Positions 1 through 12,400 of a DNA stretch of 64,000 bases are shown here, piece after piece; within the stretch, counting starts at the first letter, position 1, and each line of letters opens with the position of its first letter. The DNA lies in the NCBI GenBank assembly GCA_003427395.1, contig BFEA01000036.1, positions 3,048,364-3,112,363 on the forward strand, read 5' to 3'. The stretch is from Chara braunii. Lineage: Eukaryota; Plantae; Charophyceae. Both the position numbers and the translations under genes were made by a program. The notes under the pieces are model-generated. The model did no database searches. It had not been told where the DNA came from and saw nothing but the letters and a program-made list of their open reading frames with translations.

Positions 1-227
1 TTTTTTTTTCTACTTCATTAGGAGGAAGACCACTTGACGAGGTGATAGGAGCTACCATTTTCCTGGATGCAGGCGCTCCTAGGGTTGTTTTATGGAAAGG
101 GGGGGGAAAAGGAGATGGAGGCGCCATTAGACGCCCCTCGGCAGCAGGGTTCGGTTCTTGTTGCATCATGAAACGAAAACGGACGTTGTTTTTGTGGGGG
201 GGGAAACTACGCGGGAGTCAAAAAATT

Positions 228-366
228 GAGTTATAATTGCACTATGGGCCAAGATACAGTTTGAAATTGCAGTTCGGGGTATGTATACAACCGTGGTTTC
301 TGGCCAGGTGGGGTGCCCGAAGTGCAATTGCAAAACGTATCTTGCCCCATAGTGCAATTATAACTC
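228..366. mobile_element. ~140-bp MITE with ~30-bp TIRs (GAGTTATAATTGCACTATGGG...CCCATAGTGCAATTATAACTC)
   Basis: TIRs visible; second copy in opposite orientation at 3659-3799. Confidence 0.85.
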
Positions 367-1043
367 CTTTTTTTTACTCTTTTCTTTTTTCTTTTTTTTT
401 TTTCTTTTTTTTTTGAGTTTGATATAGTCACTGGGGAGCAGTTGAAAAATTGTTTCAAGGAAGACGCATTCAGTTCCCGAACACGTCCCGATGCAGAAAT
501 GCGGATCAATCACACTCTTTTGCACCTGTCCCCCAACTGTGAGTTACTGATTCTGGATGTGTTCCACGCAGAGATGCAGAAAAGCAGATCAATCAGAATC
601 TTTTGCACCTGTCCCCGAACACGTCCAGATTCAGACAGTGGGATCTCTCCCTTACATGTTGTTGCTCGGATTTCTCTTCTTGCTGCACGAGATGGAGGTC
701 GGTCCTGTTGCACTTGCCAAATCACAATTAGCGAACATATCCTCGGATCACGACCAGGTGCAAACTGTGAGTTACTGAGGTACGTCTTCATGTGATCGAC
801 GAGAGTCATCTACCTACATATAAGGAGCTGAAGAGGCAGTCGTCTTACTCATGGTAAGTCTGGTCGGTTTTTCTTGAATCAGGTTTTTTTTGGGGTTCGG
901 TAAAAAGTGGAACTGTTTTTTTTTTTTTTTTTTTTTTTGTAATTTATAAAGCTCCCAGACAAGAACATATTCGGGTAGACTGTGAGGACCCCGGCCTCGT
1001 TTTTATCATCTGAAGTATCAGCCTTGGGCAACGGGCCCGTGTT

Positions 1044-1076
<33 letters not shown>

Positions 1077-1348
1077 CACGGGGTGGCTCTCCATAGCAAT
1101 TCCCCTCTGGCAAGCCACCAGTGGGCCAGTATCTATAATTTGGGTAGGCTGTTGACCAAACCTACCTACGCGAAGAGTTGGACTCCTGTCTCGCGGAGCT
1201 TGGTGATGTCTTTGAGGCTCGAGCTCCTGGGAGCAAATACCTTAACCCGAATTAACTGAGGGAACTTCGAAGGTAACGGAAGCTTGTCATCAAGAATATA
1301 AATTGTCACAGCTTTTGATGATCTCGCCCTATCATCTATGTCCTCCTA

Positions 1349-1514
1349 GGCCGTGGTCCCACTAGCAAAGGGGATAGGATAGAAATCCTGAATCTGCCTA
1401 TGTTTTATGCAGAGATACAGAAAAGCAGTTCTATCTCGATTTCCTGCTCCTGTCCTCAAACACGTCCAGATTCAGGCATTCAATCCGATACTCTTGGCTA
1501 ATGGGACCACGGCC
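1349..1514. mobile_element. PIF/Harbinger (Tourist-like) MITE
   Basis: TIRs GGCCGTGGTCCCA.../...TGGGACCACGGCC; 3-bp TSD CTA; relatives at 19783-19984 and ~20983-21148. Confidence 0.8.
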
Positions 1515-1719
1515 CTAGAGTCTCGCTGATGTCGACATTTGACGGCCTTGAGATAACATCCTTATCTGACTCACCCCAGATAATTCAGGTAATTTAGAAA
1601 TTACAATTGTGTCATCATTCTCTAGTCAGCCACTTTCCTTGCATGGGGAGACGAACTCAGGTCTGTATTTCAACAGTACGTGGGGTGAACTAATTGAGAG
1701 CTCGGCTTGTCGGTTGAGT

Positions 1720-1753
<34 letters not shown>

Positions 1754-1785
1754 GGGTTTAGGGGGTTTTTTGAACCTTTTCCCGC

Positions 1786-1832
<47 letters not shown>

Positions 1833-2267
1833 GGAGTTGAGTCGATTGTTGCACATTCTGCACGTGACTTTTTTTTTTTTTTTTTTTAAATATATTACCC
1901 CATTCTGTCGTCTGTTTGGGACAATGCTCCAATCTACTCGTGGGGAGCCGCACGTGCTGGGAACCGGGCCCAGCGTGCACGTGACTTACCTGCATGCTGA
2001 AACGAAGATGTCCATGGATCGGCAAAAGAGAGACGGGACATAGGGCCTCGCTCCACTACGCAACATTCTACATGCATTTGGACGCTTTCCGGACCACGTG
2101 CAGTCGGAACATTTTCAATATATCTTGTCGTCGAAGCGTTCAAATGCATCTGAAGTGTGGTGTTGTGGACCGACGCCTGCAAGGCCGATGACCACGAATG
2201 TTACCGGTGGGCATGGAGATTTCCCTCTAAGCCTAAAGCGACTTTTTTTTTCATCTTTTTTTTTTTT

Positions 2268-2358
2268 AAGTATGTGACCCGATGGGTCACGGATCAGAGA
2301 TTACACTGATCAGAACAGATACTACACTTGATCTTAGCCAAAAGGCCGAGAAAGGTAT
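2268..2358 (-). pseudogene. U2: 3'-truncated U2 snRNA copy (first ~90 nt) with A-rich tail
   Basis: Minus strand reads ATACCTTTCTCGGCCTTTTGGCTAAGATCAAGTGTAGTATCTGTTCTGATCAG...GTGACCCATCGGGTCAC, the plant U2 5' end with the GUAGUA branch-recognition sequence; no Sm site or stems III/IV; followed by poly(A). Confidence 0.9.
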
Positions 2359-2607
2359 ACGGGCCTGGTATTGTGCAAGAAAAGCTGAGGGTTTGATCTC
2401 TATGGGTACAAAAAAAAAAGAAAAAAAAAGAAGGTACAAACAAATAAGATCATGCCAAATTGCCAATCAAGTTCTTCCAACGGGGGCGATAGGTCACGAA
2501 GCCAAAGCCTCAGGCAGAGCCTCCCCCGTGCAGCCATGGGCATACTCAGGAGAAAGAACTCTCAAAATACATCCATCCTTCCCTGACTTCAACTGCCCAA
2601 ACAACTA

Positions 2608-2712
2608 CCGCCTTACCCGAATAGAACGCCCGGTCATTATAGCCGTATTTGGTGTAATTTTCAGTCCAGATACGGCTATAATGACCGGTCGTTCTATTGG
2701 GGTGAAGACGGG
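2608..2712. mobile_element. ~100-bp hairpin MITE, Tc1/mariner-pogo-like (TA TSD)
   Basis: Almost fully self-complementary, TA flanks; related copies at 4454-4547 and 5048-5153. Confidence 0.75.
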
Positions 2713-3388
2713 TAGAACACATAAACGGACTCGGAGCAGCCAGAACAGCAACTACGGGTAGGGGAGGCTGCTCGTAACCACCCCCCCCCCACCTCCCTCT
2801 AGTACCGTGGTCTGGTTCTTTTATGAAGTTTTATCCCCCCCCCCCAAAAAAAGTAATAAATAAATAAATAAATAAATAAATAAAAAAGAAGAAAAAAAGA
2901 AAACGAACCATTATTCCCTTTCGAACAGAACGCGAAAGAAAAAGAAAAAGAAAAAGAAAAAGAAAAAGAACGAAAGAAAGAGAAATACTTGGGGTCGCCT
3001 TATCCGTTGAGACGGGTGGAATTTTCCACCCAAAAAACGAAAAAAAAACGGTTCACGAAGTGCTGCTCTATTCGAATTTCCACCGAGTCGCGTAACCTCC
3101 CTTGTGAATCAAAAAGGAATTCCCTCTCAACCTACACTCAAAATAATTGTAAATAAATCCTAAGAACAGCGGCAAAATAATTTTAAATAAATCCTAAAAA
3201 CAGGTGAAAAGAGAACCACCCGCTTTTTTTTTTTTTCCCCACTTGAACATACAATCGACCACAGAAAATATGGAGATTTGGTATCGTATGTTATTTGACA
3301 GTGTTTTTTTTTTTGTTTTTTTTTTAAATAGGCTATTTGGCTTTACTAAGTCGTCACGGTGTCTTTTTTTTTTCTTTTTTCGGCGTCT

Positions 3389-3630
3389 ATACCTTTTGGC
3401 TAAGATCAAGTGCACTGTATCTGTTCTAAGTAAATGAGCATATACCTTTTTTTTTTCGGAGTCTATACCTTTTGGCTAAGATCAACTGCTCAGAATAATG
3501 AACATCAGTCTCGCAGTTGTAAGTAAATGAGCATATACCTTTTGGCTAAGATCAAGTGCACTGTATCTGTTCTGATCAGTTTAATATCCGATCCATGGTC
3601 CATCAGGCCAGCAAAAAAAAAAAAAAAAAA
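3389..3630 (+). pseudogene. U2: Three concatenated U2 snRNA 5' fragments ending in poly(A)
   Basis: CCTTTTGGCTAAGATCAA occurs three times; last copy continues TGTATCTGTTCTGATCAGTTTAATATC and ends in an A18 run; branch-recognition motif altered to GCACTGTA. Confidence 0.85.
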
Positions 3631-3658
3631 GGCTTACTTCAGCACGGTCACAAAAAAT

Positions 3659-3799
3659 GAGTTATAATTGCACTATGGGGCAAGATGTAGTCTGCAATTG
3701 CACTTGGGCCACCCTACACCTGGCCAGAAAGCTGGGTTGTATACATTGGCCAAACTGCAATTCGAAACTGTATCTTGGCCCATAGTGCAATTATAACTC
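3659..3799. mobile_element. MITE, inverted copy of the 228-366 family
   Basis: Same TIRs; internal sequence is the reverse complement of 228-366. Confidence 0.85.
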
Positions 3800-3838
3800 A
3801 TTCTTAAAAACTTAACGAGCATGAGTATTTTGTTGGCC

Positions 3839-3967
3839 GTCCTTCGAGAAATCCGTTAAAATTGGAACGATACATGGAGAGAGAATTACCATGGCCCCTC
3901 TTAAAAAAAAAAAAAAAAAAAAAAGATTAGCATTGCCCCTGCGCAAGGATGGCACGCATAGATCGAG
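3839..3967 (+). pseudogene. U6: U6 snRNA retropseudogene (two overlapping fragments) with TSD
   Basis: TAAAATTGGAACGATACA...CATGGCCCCT, then an A-run, then AAGATTAGCATTGCCCCTGCGCAAGGATGGCACGCATAGATCGAG; flanked by GAGTATTTT(T)GTTGGCCG at 3823-3839 and 3965-3982. Confidence 0.85.
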
Positions 3968-4453
3968 TATTTTTGTTGGCCGAAATCTCGTTGTTTCGCT
4001 CTATCCGTCCGTACTACTTCAGTCCCCGCAAGGGTTCAAGTGGGGACCCCACGTGGCACAATGGTACACGCATGTAACTCTCGACAACAAGGTCATCACC
4101 TTGAGCCCGGATGGAATTGGATGGTACATTCATGTTAGGGCGTACTCCCTTTTTGTTGTGTTAGAAAACAAAAGAGGAGTAGAGTCTCGAGGACTAAGGT
4201 TTCCCCCGAATAGAAGGCGCGTGTATACAAGCATTTTTTCCGGTCAGATACGACCGTGATGACGAGGCATTGTGTTCGTGCAAACTTGTAAATACGGCAG
4301 GCAAAGTCGACCAGGAAGGAGGGACTGATGTAGACTAAGGCCAAGACACGGTGCTACGACTGCTACAACAACACGATGCATATCTATTTTCAATTTTTCA
4401 TGAGTCCATTGTTGACTTTCTCGGCTGCCTCAAATGGTTGTACCCCACAACTA

Positions 4454-4547
4454 CCGTCTTCCCCCAATACAACGCTTCCTCATTTTGGCTGCACCCGTCC
4501 AGAAAGATAGCTTGTATACATTCGCTATCATGGTGCGCTGAAGACGG
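4454..4547. mobile_element. TA-flanked MITE (CCGTCTTC...GAAGACGG)
   Basis: Termini related to 2608-2712. Confidence 0.6.
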
Positions 4548-4802
4548 TAGTATGCTTGCTGTTCTCATATTGACAAATTCTCAAGGCTTGTCAAGAACAG
4601 GGTTCCTCTGAGCTTGAAACATTTCCACTTGGCGTACAGATGGTGATCCGTTGGCAGGCCAATGAAAAGTTTGCAACTTCTAAGTTTCGAGAACGTTTCC
4701 GGGGAATCAGTGGCTTCTTTTTGGGGGGGGCTAACTACCTAAAACAGTTTGTGAATGCATTAGAAACACCGTTTTTGCACTTCAGTCGCGATCGCACGCG
4801 CG

Positions 4803-4804
<2 letters not shown>

Positions 4805-4860
<56 letters not shown>
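4805..4860. repeat. (AG)n microsatellite; other AG/AC tracts at 5404-5472, 7453-7575, 7808-7865, 18255-18345, 22878-22944, 24012-24068, 42523-42618
   Basis: Direct. Confidence 0.95.
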
Positions 4861-4864
<4 letters not shown>

Positions 4865-5047
4865 GAAGTGCCCGCTCTAACCGTTCTTCCCCGGTTCCTA
4901 GATCAGGTAAAAAGAAAAAAGAAAAAAAAGGAAAAAAAAGAAATAGAGGTGGATAGCTGGTGAAATCCCCGGCGGTCAGTGGGATGGGACGATGCATGAG
5001 GTGGGTCAATCTTCTTGACCCTGGGATGCATGAGCTAAGTAAGGATA

Positions 5048-5153
5048 CCTTCTTCCCCCGAATAGAACGCACGGTCATTATAGCTGTATTTTGGGGCATC
5101 TTTCAGTCTAAATACAGCTATTATGACCGTGCGTTGTATTCGGGGGCAGAAGA
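5048..5153. mobile_element. Hairpin MITE, same family as 2608-2712
   Basis: CCCGAATAGAACGCACGGTCATTATAGC and its inverted counterpart. Confidence 0.75.
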
Positions 5154-5401
5154 TAGTCATTCTCAGTGCTAACGTTACAGACTGGAGGTTGAATGAACAT
5201 CACCAAGAACTTGGGACAGGAGCTTCTGCTGCTGAAGTTCTGCATTCTATAATGCCAACTGTCTATACACTGCGCCGCGACTCCTACAAGTGTGGCATCG
5301 TGCGCTGCTAAGCATCACTGTGGAGTCTTTGTGTCTTTCTGTTGACATCAATGACAAGGAGCAACCATTTAGCTAAAATTGATCTTTTTTGTTGTTTTAA
5401 G

Positions 5402-5477
<76 letters not shown>

Positions 5478-6289
5478 CACTGAATCTTTTTCAGTTCTTA
5501 CACTCTCGCATGAATTCTCCTTAGAGTCGTTTCAGCATCACATGTGCGATCTATTAATTGCAGAGCACATTTTCCTTTGCAAGCCTGCAAGCCCACCCTT
5601 GCACACATTGTCAGATTCTCTCTTTCGTTTTCTTCAAATTTCTTGCAATCATTTCCAACATGTTTTCACCATCGCGGGTACTCCTTAGAGTACCGGCAGT
5701 ATCACATGCGCAATGATCCAACAAGAAGCTGATTGTTGATTGCTTCCATGGGCAACGAGTCATTGCGATAGTAGTCCAGTGCTGCCATTAAGTGCCATAC
5801 TCCATGAAAGATTGCAATCTTGAGCTGTCAAGTGCTTTGCTCGCCCATCCTCCACCCTGATGTTAAATGACTTTGCTGTAAATCTTGGGCTGAGTACTAG
5901 CCACTGTAACCAGTGCTGTGGAGCGCAACACCCAACACACACACACACATGGTCTTCCCATAATTCTTCAGAAGTTCAGATCGCATGTCAGGGGGAGGTT
6001 CATGGCACTCTTGGTGTTGCGTAGTATGTTGGCTTTGTGGGCCGACTCAAAGGACTCTCCCGGGTCTCCCCACGTTATTTCTCAGACCAGTTGCAGAATT
6101 TGCATGCGTGGTCACTGGTCAGTGATTTCTTGTTAGTGGAGCCTTTTAAGTACGTTTTGGTGCAGTTAATGTTTTGTTTTGTGTAATTCTTGTCCTTTAA
6201 GTACGTTGAAAACGTCGCCAACCTTGCATGTTCATTGTTCTTCTATATTGCCTATCTATCCTTTTTTTTGTTATGTGGATGGCTTTTTT

Positions 6290-7389
6290 TGCAATGAAGC
6301 TCCCAGTTCACCTCCAATGAGAACGCACACAATCACACACCATACACGAATGAGATCACATGAAGTCCACACTGGACTGGAGGCCAGAAAGAAGAGAGAT
6401 GAAGACCAGGTGACTACTAAGCGCAGCTTTAGAATCTCCAACAAATGACCATATGAGCAATTTTTAAGGGTTCCAATCAGAAGAGCTCAAAACAGCGCAG
6501 ATACAAGTGACCAGTATCTTCATTCAGGTAAGTGTCTCTCCCACTGCTCTTCTCTCTTCCCTCTTGGTCTTCTGTCCGTCTACTTCCTCCCTGTGTATTC
6601 TCTCTCCGTACTGTCATCAGTGGCATGCACTCACACTCTCTACTACAAGGACCAACTCTGAATACACTCACTGCTAACCCTACCAGTAAACCTTCTGAGG
6701 TCTACTACTAACTACTAAGCACTGGCGCAGCTATGGCTGCCTTCCCTCTGTCAGCGCTGGGCAGCTATGGCTGATCTCTCTCTCTCTCCCTCTACTAGCG
6801 AAGCTCCCTGGCTCAGCGCTCAGCTCCTCACAACAGCGCACAAGTGCCCCAGCACTTCCACACTTCATGCGAATGAGCAATCTGCCGAATGAGGAGGCTG
6901 GCCAGTGGCCAGTCCTTCTATTGACGTGGGCTGAGCTTCAGCTCTTCCCAGCCTCTGCCTCTTGTGGCTTGACTTGGCACTGGTAGTCTGGTACCACATC
7001 GCCACGGCCTGTTTGCTTCAGAATGTCAGGGCCTGGTAGTACCTTTCCCGAATTTTCATTGGTGTGCTGCTGCTTGGGCCTGGTGGTCACCACTTTTCAC
7101 TTGTGTAATATGGCTTTTGACTGAGGGTTGTGACTCTTGCCTCTGGGAGTCTGGGACACGACTTTTGCCTGGGAAAGTGTCCTGCGGAACATAACAGTTA
7201 CTTTTCAATATGAGAAGTGACTTTTGCCCCTGGGATGTGACTGTCCACCGGGTGCCTGTTGGACTTGAATCCTAAGGTGCCCGACTGTGACTTCTCTGAA
7301 ACTGACCGACTTGGCCTTTCTGGGCCTAGGGCCCTAGGCCCTTGACCCTGAGATTCGAATTTGGGGGCTGAATCGTGGAAGGCCTTTCA
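6290..7389. mobile_element. Solo LTR (~1.1 kb)
   Basis: TG...CA ends with TTTTT on both sides; right end (GGGxCTGAATCG...AAGGCC) and internal CAGGTAAGT resemble the LTR at 57311-58370. Confidence 0.65.
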
Positions 7390-7451
7390 TTTTTTATGAT
7401 TTACGGATGGGGTGAGAGAGAGAGAGAGTTTTGGGTTCCTTGAAAGCACAT

Positions 7452-7500
<49 letters not shown>

Positions 7501-7531
7501 AACACACGCACACACACACACCAGTGACACC

Positions 7532-7575
<44 letters not shown>

Positions 7576-7807
7576 NNNNNNNNNNNNNNNNNNNNNNNNN
7601 NNNNNNNNNNNNNNNNNNNNNNNNNNNNNNNNNNNNNNNNNNNNNNNNNNNNNNNNNNNNNNNNNNNNNNNNNNNNNNNNNNNNNNNNNNNNNNNNNNNN
7701 NNNNNNNNNNNNNNNNNNNNNNNNNNNNNNNNNNNNNNNNNNNNNNNNNNNNNNNNNNNNNNNNNNNNNNNNNNNNNNNNNNNNNNNNNNNNNNNNNNNN
7801 NNNNNNN
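7576..7807. other. Assembly gap (others at 18346-19180 and 22945-23867)
   Basis: N runs, mostly flanked by microsatellites. Confidence 1.
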
Positions 7808-7867
<60 letters not shown>

Positions 7868-8419
7868 CTATCGCCATTTGCGATCAGATTATCTACTTGT
7901 GGTGCAGTTTCACTAGCCTCTCATTTCCGGTGCAAGTCTATAGTTGCCGCGGGATGAGGTATAGCCATTCCTGCTGACGGTCCAGTCAGTTCTGTGGGCC
8001 TTGTCAGCTGAGGAAAGGAATGCAAATTGAAATCTTACCCGATCTTCATGAACCCGTCTGCAAGTAAAGCTATAATTTCCTTTCAAGAGGAAGTCTAAGA
8101 GGGAAGGGAATCGGAAAGATCTGACATAGTGCGTTCACTTTGATTTGCTTGCACTACAAATTAATCTCACTCACGGGCACTGCATGACAGTCTTTCTCCA
8201 TTGATATATGTATACGAATGCATGTCACAAAGACACACAAAAAACTGTCTGATGAGCGGTGGTGCTGGTGGGCAGAAATGGAGAAAAGGACGAAAAAGGA
8301 GGGCTGTGATGTCTGTTATGTCGGGTTGCCACTGACTCATCAGGAGGCTACATCCTGCCATCCTCCACAGACTGCAGAGTCCCATGACTGTTGATACTGA
8401 GAGTCATAATCCATCTTAA

Positions 8420-8577
8420 ACCACCAGTACTTCCTAGAGTCGTGGCCGTTAACGCGCCACGATTTTAGGAAACGTACGGGCTGCTACAGGAGTGCCCAAA
8501 TTCATCCGACTAGACACGTTTCTACTCTATTTTTTTGGGCGGCCGTTAGCTGGGCCAACTTGCCAAGTACTGGTGGT
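8420..8577. mobile_element. TTAA-specific (piggyBac-like) MITE
   Basis: TTAA|ACCACCAGTACTT...AAGTACTGGTGGT|TTAA; inverted copy at 20744-20887. Confidence 0.85.
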
Positions 8578-10059
8578 TTAACCCCAGGTCCCCAATTGCA
8601 GTTGGGCACCAACCACTACCCTCAAGGGTAGCTGTGACAAAAATCAAAGTAGACTATCCCCCACTGGACCCCCTGGACCCCCACCAGTGCGTCACATTGT
8701 ATGGTATGTACACAAGTACATCGTGCAATTGATAAAATGCCCCTACAATGGGCCTACATCACTGGTGACTCCCGTGCAACAGAGTACAAACTTTTAAATT
8801 TTGTGTATGACAGTCTCCAAATATGCGCTATCGTAGAGTATCGTGGCATCCTCCCACCTCAAAGGCTCAAAAGGCTCAAAGAACGTTCAACACACTGTCG
8901 GTTCACACCCCATCATATGGCTGCAAGACCTTCAAAAAACAAAAAAGGTCTGCCATAGCCAGAAAACTCTCTCCACCAGGCATGTGTATTGTGGGAGAGG
9001 AAAAAAAGAAAAAAAACGCTCCACACACTCCGCTCCGTCCGCTGGCAGTACAGGCACAGCATGGCTGAATAGTCATACCCCTGACCACTGCCACTGAAGT
9101 CACAACCCACCAACCCCCACAGGAAACTGTTGTAGGGGGTCGCGAAATTGTATATTTATAATCACAGAGAACTGCCTGGCGAAGCATAGTAAGAAGAGGG
9201 AGACAATGACAGGAAACAAGAGGCTGTGACACTGTGACAGACTGGCTGTTCAGAGTTGTCACTGACAACAACTCCATAGCAGGCTGAAGCCGCTGAACTG
9301 TCTACAGACTGCAGTCCCCAGCTGCACTTGAGCACCAACTACTGCCTCACATTGGCTCACAACTGATGTCCTGAGCTGGGCACCAACCACTGCCCTGTAG
9401 CCTCTAGGGCACCTGTGATGGAAACCGAAGCAGCCACCCACACCAGACAGACTGCAGGTTCACACCACATCAGAAGGCTTAAGTCATGAAACCCCCACAT
9501 TGCCCACGAAACAAAAAGTTTAAGTTGAAGGGGCTTAGAGGGCTGACCTTCGGGTTCCTATGGGGCAGGCATCTGGCTTCCCTGATATCTTTCCTAACTT
9601 AAAGTTTCCTTACCCAACAAATGCATGGTGAAGCACTCTAGAATTGGACCAGATATGGTATCGCCGTATCGGTACTATTGGATGAAATCACAGAAAGTCT
9701 GGCAAAGATTGGTAAAGAAGCTGAGCTAGTATCACAGAGCGTACCTACTAGCCACTGTAAACATCTGAAAAGGCGGGATTGGCACATCCGCATAATCATC
9801 AACGAGCCTGGGTAATTGCTCAGATAACGTGTCCAGTGTCCACTATGTGCCTGATTGAACACGTGTCCAGTGTCCACTATGTGCCTGATTGAACGCCGAG
9901 AACACGCATTCGCGTCAAAATGTGTGCGTTCAAACGTGGGGGGGGCGCATTCAATTCCATTTGAATGCGCCACATAACACCCGACAGAAAATAATTGAAC
10001 GCGTGCACACCAGCGGCATGCGCGTGTCAAGGACTACCCAGGGGTGGGCAGCGTTCAGG

Positions 10060-10330
10060 GGGAACCCACCGAGTGCTGAAAGCCCCCAACCCCCCTCCTC
10101 AACCCCCCTTTAACCCCCCAAAAGCCAACACCTGACCCCCTCACCCCACACCTCCATACCCGCGGTATGCGATGTTGCTCGTAGGTGGGGGTGGCGGGGA
10201 TCCCCACCGGCCCCCACAAACGAGGCAGACCACGTACCGCCGGTACGGGGGTTGGGGGTTGGGGAGTTGGGGATCGGCTTTTGGGGGCTTAGTGGGGAGG
10301 TTGAAGGGCGTCCTGGTGTGTTTCGTGGAG
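10060..10330. repeat. GC-skewed long imperfect inverted repeat (foldback element)
   Basis: C-rich arm (CCCCCAAAAGCC...TACCCGCGGTA) mirrors G-rich arm (TACCGCCGGTA...GGCTTTTGGGGG). Confidence 0.5.
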
Positions 10331-10759
10331 AGAGGGAGAAGGGGTGTGACGAACTGGTTTCTGCAACCGTGCAACTTTCTGCGCAAGGCTACTTCTAGGG
10401 TTGAATCGGGATGGCCCGTTCGATTGCATGTGTGCCCTTGCTTTTCTTGTTTTTGGAATTAAGGCTGCCATGGTCCCACGACGGTTGCTAGACAATGGTA
10501 GTTGATCGCGCCTTAGCGAGCGCAGAAGATAACTGTTGCCATAGTTTCTTTCTTGTGCTGTGGGAAACGGGAATTTTGGCGCGATCGTCGTGCAGAAAAT
10601 CTTTTTTGAATTTTCGACTGATATCGAGCCCCCGCGGGCTCTCGGAATTTTCTTCTCTCGGTATTTCTTTTTGTAATTAGGATTTAGGCTAGGAATTTGG
10701 GTACAACGCAATTTTGTTGCACGGCGCTTTGCCTTGCCGCGTCAGGATCTATGCTCTGA

Positions 10760-11590
10760 CTTTTCCACGCCTTAATCTTACGTGTAACTGTAATCTTACA
10801 AGCAATGATGGGACTCCAGATGGAATCATTCTCATAACCCTTCCTTATCTGTTCCTTCAATTCATTCTCAATATCGAGATAAGAGACAATCGCTCCAAAG
10901 AAATCTGCACGCCTGGATAAAGCATCCACAACCACGTTAGACTTACCTTTGATGGTCTTCACCTCAAAGTCAAACGTATTAAGGAATGCAGACCATCTTA
11001 CCAACTTGTCAGAAAGTCTAGGCTGAGTCTTGATCCACTTTAAAGTAGAGTGGTCAGAATAGACAGTGAAATGTTTGTCCAACAAGTAGTGTTTCTAGGT
11101 ATCTAGTGCAGCGACTAAGGCGTACAACTCTCTTTCATATGTGGAGTTGGCGACTTTTTCTGACGGAAGTCTTCTGGACATAAACTCAATAGGTTTATAT
11201 CCCTTACTATCATCCTGCTGTAACACAGCGTCAATCCCATACTGACTTGCATCGGTCGTGAGACTCGTGACAATGAAAGGAAAAGAAGGGTCAGCAATCC
11301 TTAAGACAGGATAGTGAGTCAAAACAAATTTCAGTTTCCTGAACGACGACTCACAATCTTTGTCCCACAACCAAGGTTTTTCTTTCTTTAGCAGTCTTCT
11401 CATAGGAGCAGTTATCAAGGAGAAGTTTCTGCCGAACTTCCTATAATTATTGGCAAGTCCTAGAAAATATTTCAATTCAGTTATAGTTTTAGGTAGTGGT
11501 CAATCTCTGATTGTTGTAATCTTCTTTTCTTCAGGTCTGAGTCCTTCCTCGTTTACTATATGCCCTAAGTATAGCAATAGTATTTGTCTT
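10760..11590 (-). pseudogene. Ty3/Gypsy pol fragment (RT connection and RNase H)
   Basis: FLGLANNYRKF, TDASQYGIDAVLQQ, YERELYALV, VYSDHSTL, GKSNVVVDALSR; in-frame stop. Confidence 0.9.
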
Positions 11591-12400
11591 TCGGGTTCCA
11601 CGGGGGGAGGAAGCAACCTGACTCTCGGGTTCCACAGGTGCGGCACTACAATAAGTCTGAATCCCGGCAATCCACAACAACAAGTTTTTGTCTTTCTTGT
11701 TGTTGTAGGTGAAAGACAACTTCATTTTCACTTTTTCTTTCTTCTTGGGTTTTTCCGCTTCTCTTGCCCGTTCTTCTTTCTTTCCGGTGGGTTCTTCTTT
11801 CTTCTCTTCCGGCTTCTCAGGTTCTTTCTTAGAACCTTCGGCTTTCTCGGGCGTGACCCATTTCATTGCATCTTTCATTAATTTTTCTCGGGGTTCTTTC
11901 TTATCTTCTCCCCCTTTCGCCACCTCCTCAATCAACACCTTATCTTTTCCTTGCATCAATGATCATTCTTGTCAGGGACTCAATGGCGATGGTGTTGTGG
12001 TCAATCTTTATCTCAAGATTAACGAGGTAGACCATAATGGACTGAAGAATAGATGCAAACTCACTTCCTGCTTCTTCATAATGAAATTTTTCCCTCAACA
12101 TTTTCATCACTCTTTCTTCCTCATCTTGCTGTTCTTTCAGTCTCTGGTATTCTTCCACTTTTCTTCTCTCTTCTTTCAATGTGTTTTCTAATTGTCTGAT
12201 GTTTTCCTCCATCACATCCACAGACAATTGCGGTTCTCTCCTTCCAACCACTTCTTCTTTCTTCCCTGTTTTTTTTGTTCTTTCCTGGTCTAATTTTTCA
12301 AGGTTCTTGGCGACGTACCAATCAAGGACCATTCGTCCTTGTCTTATGAGGTTTTATACCCTCTTGCCTGTCTCCATCATCTGAACAGCAGTTTCAGCGG
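11590..12400 (-). pseudogene. Gypsy gag N-terminal fragment joined to pol by an internal deletion
   Basis: Charged coiled coil plus KMKLSFTYNNKKDKNLLLWIA, similar to KVKVSWTYTGKKEESVLHWIA at ~55150-55230. Confidence 0.7.

Noticed and set aside
3330-3362. U5 snRNA loop-I-like sequence (TTGGCTTTACTAAG)
   Set aside because: The invariant GCCTTTTAC is not intact and there is no supporting stem.
2268-3982. Functional snRNA genes, or target sites of snRNA-specific elements (Dada, Utopia, Keno)
   Set aside because: The copies are 3'-truncated with A tails and lack the Sm site or terminator; no element body or matching 3' half is adjacent.
4044-4118. tRNA gene or tRNA-SINE head (A-box-like TGGCACAATGG)
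   Set aside because: The B-box is degenerate and there is no convincing cloverleaf.
5160-5950. Possible host exons
   Set aside because: Short frames with stops and no recognisable motif; cannot be supported without a search.
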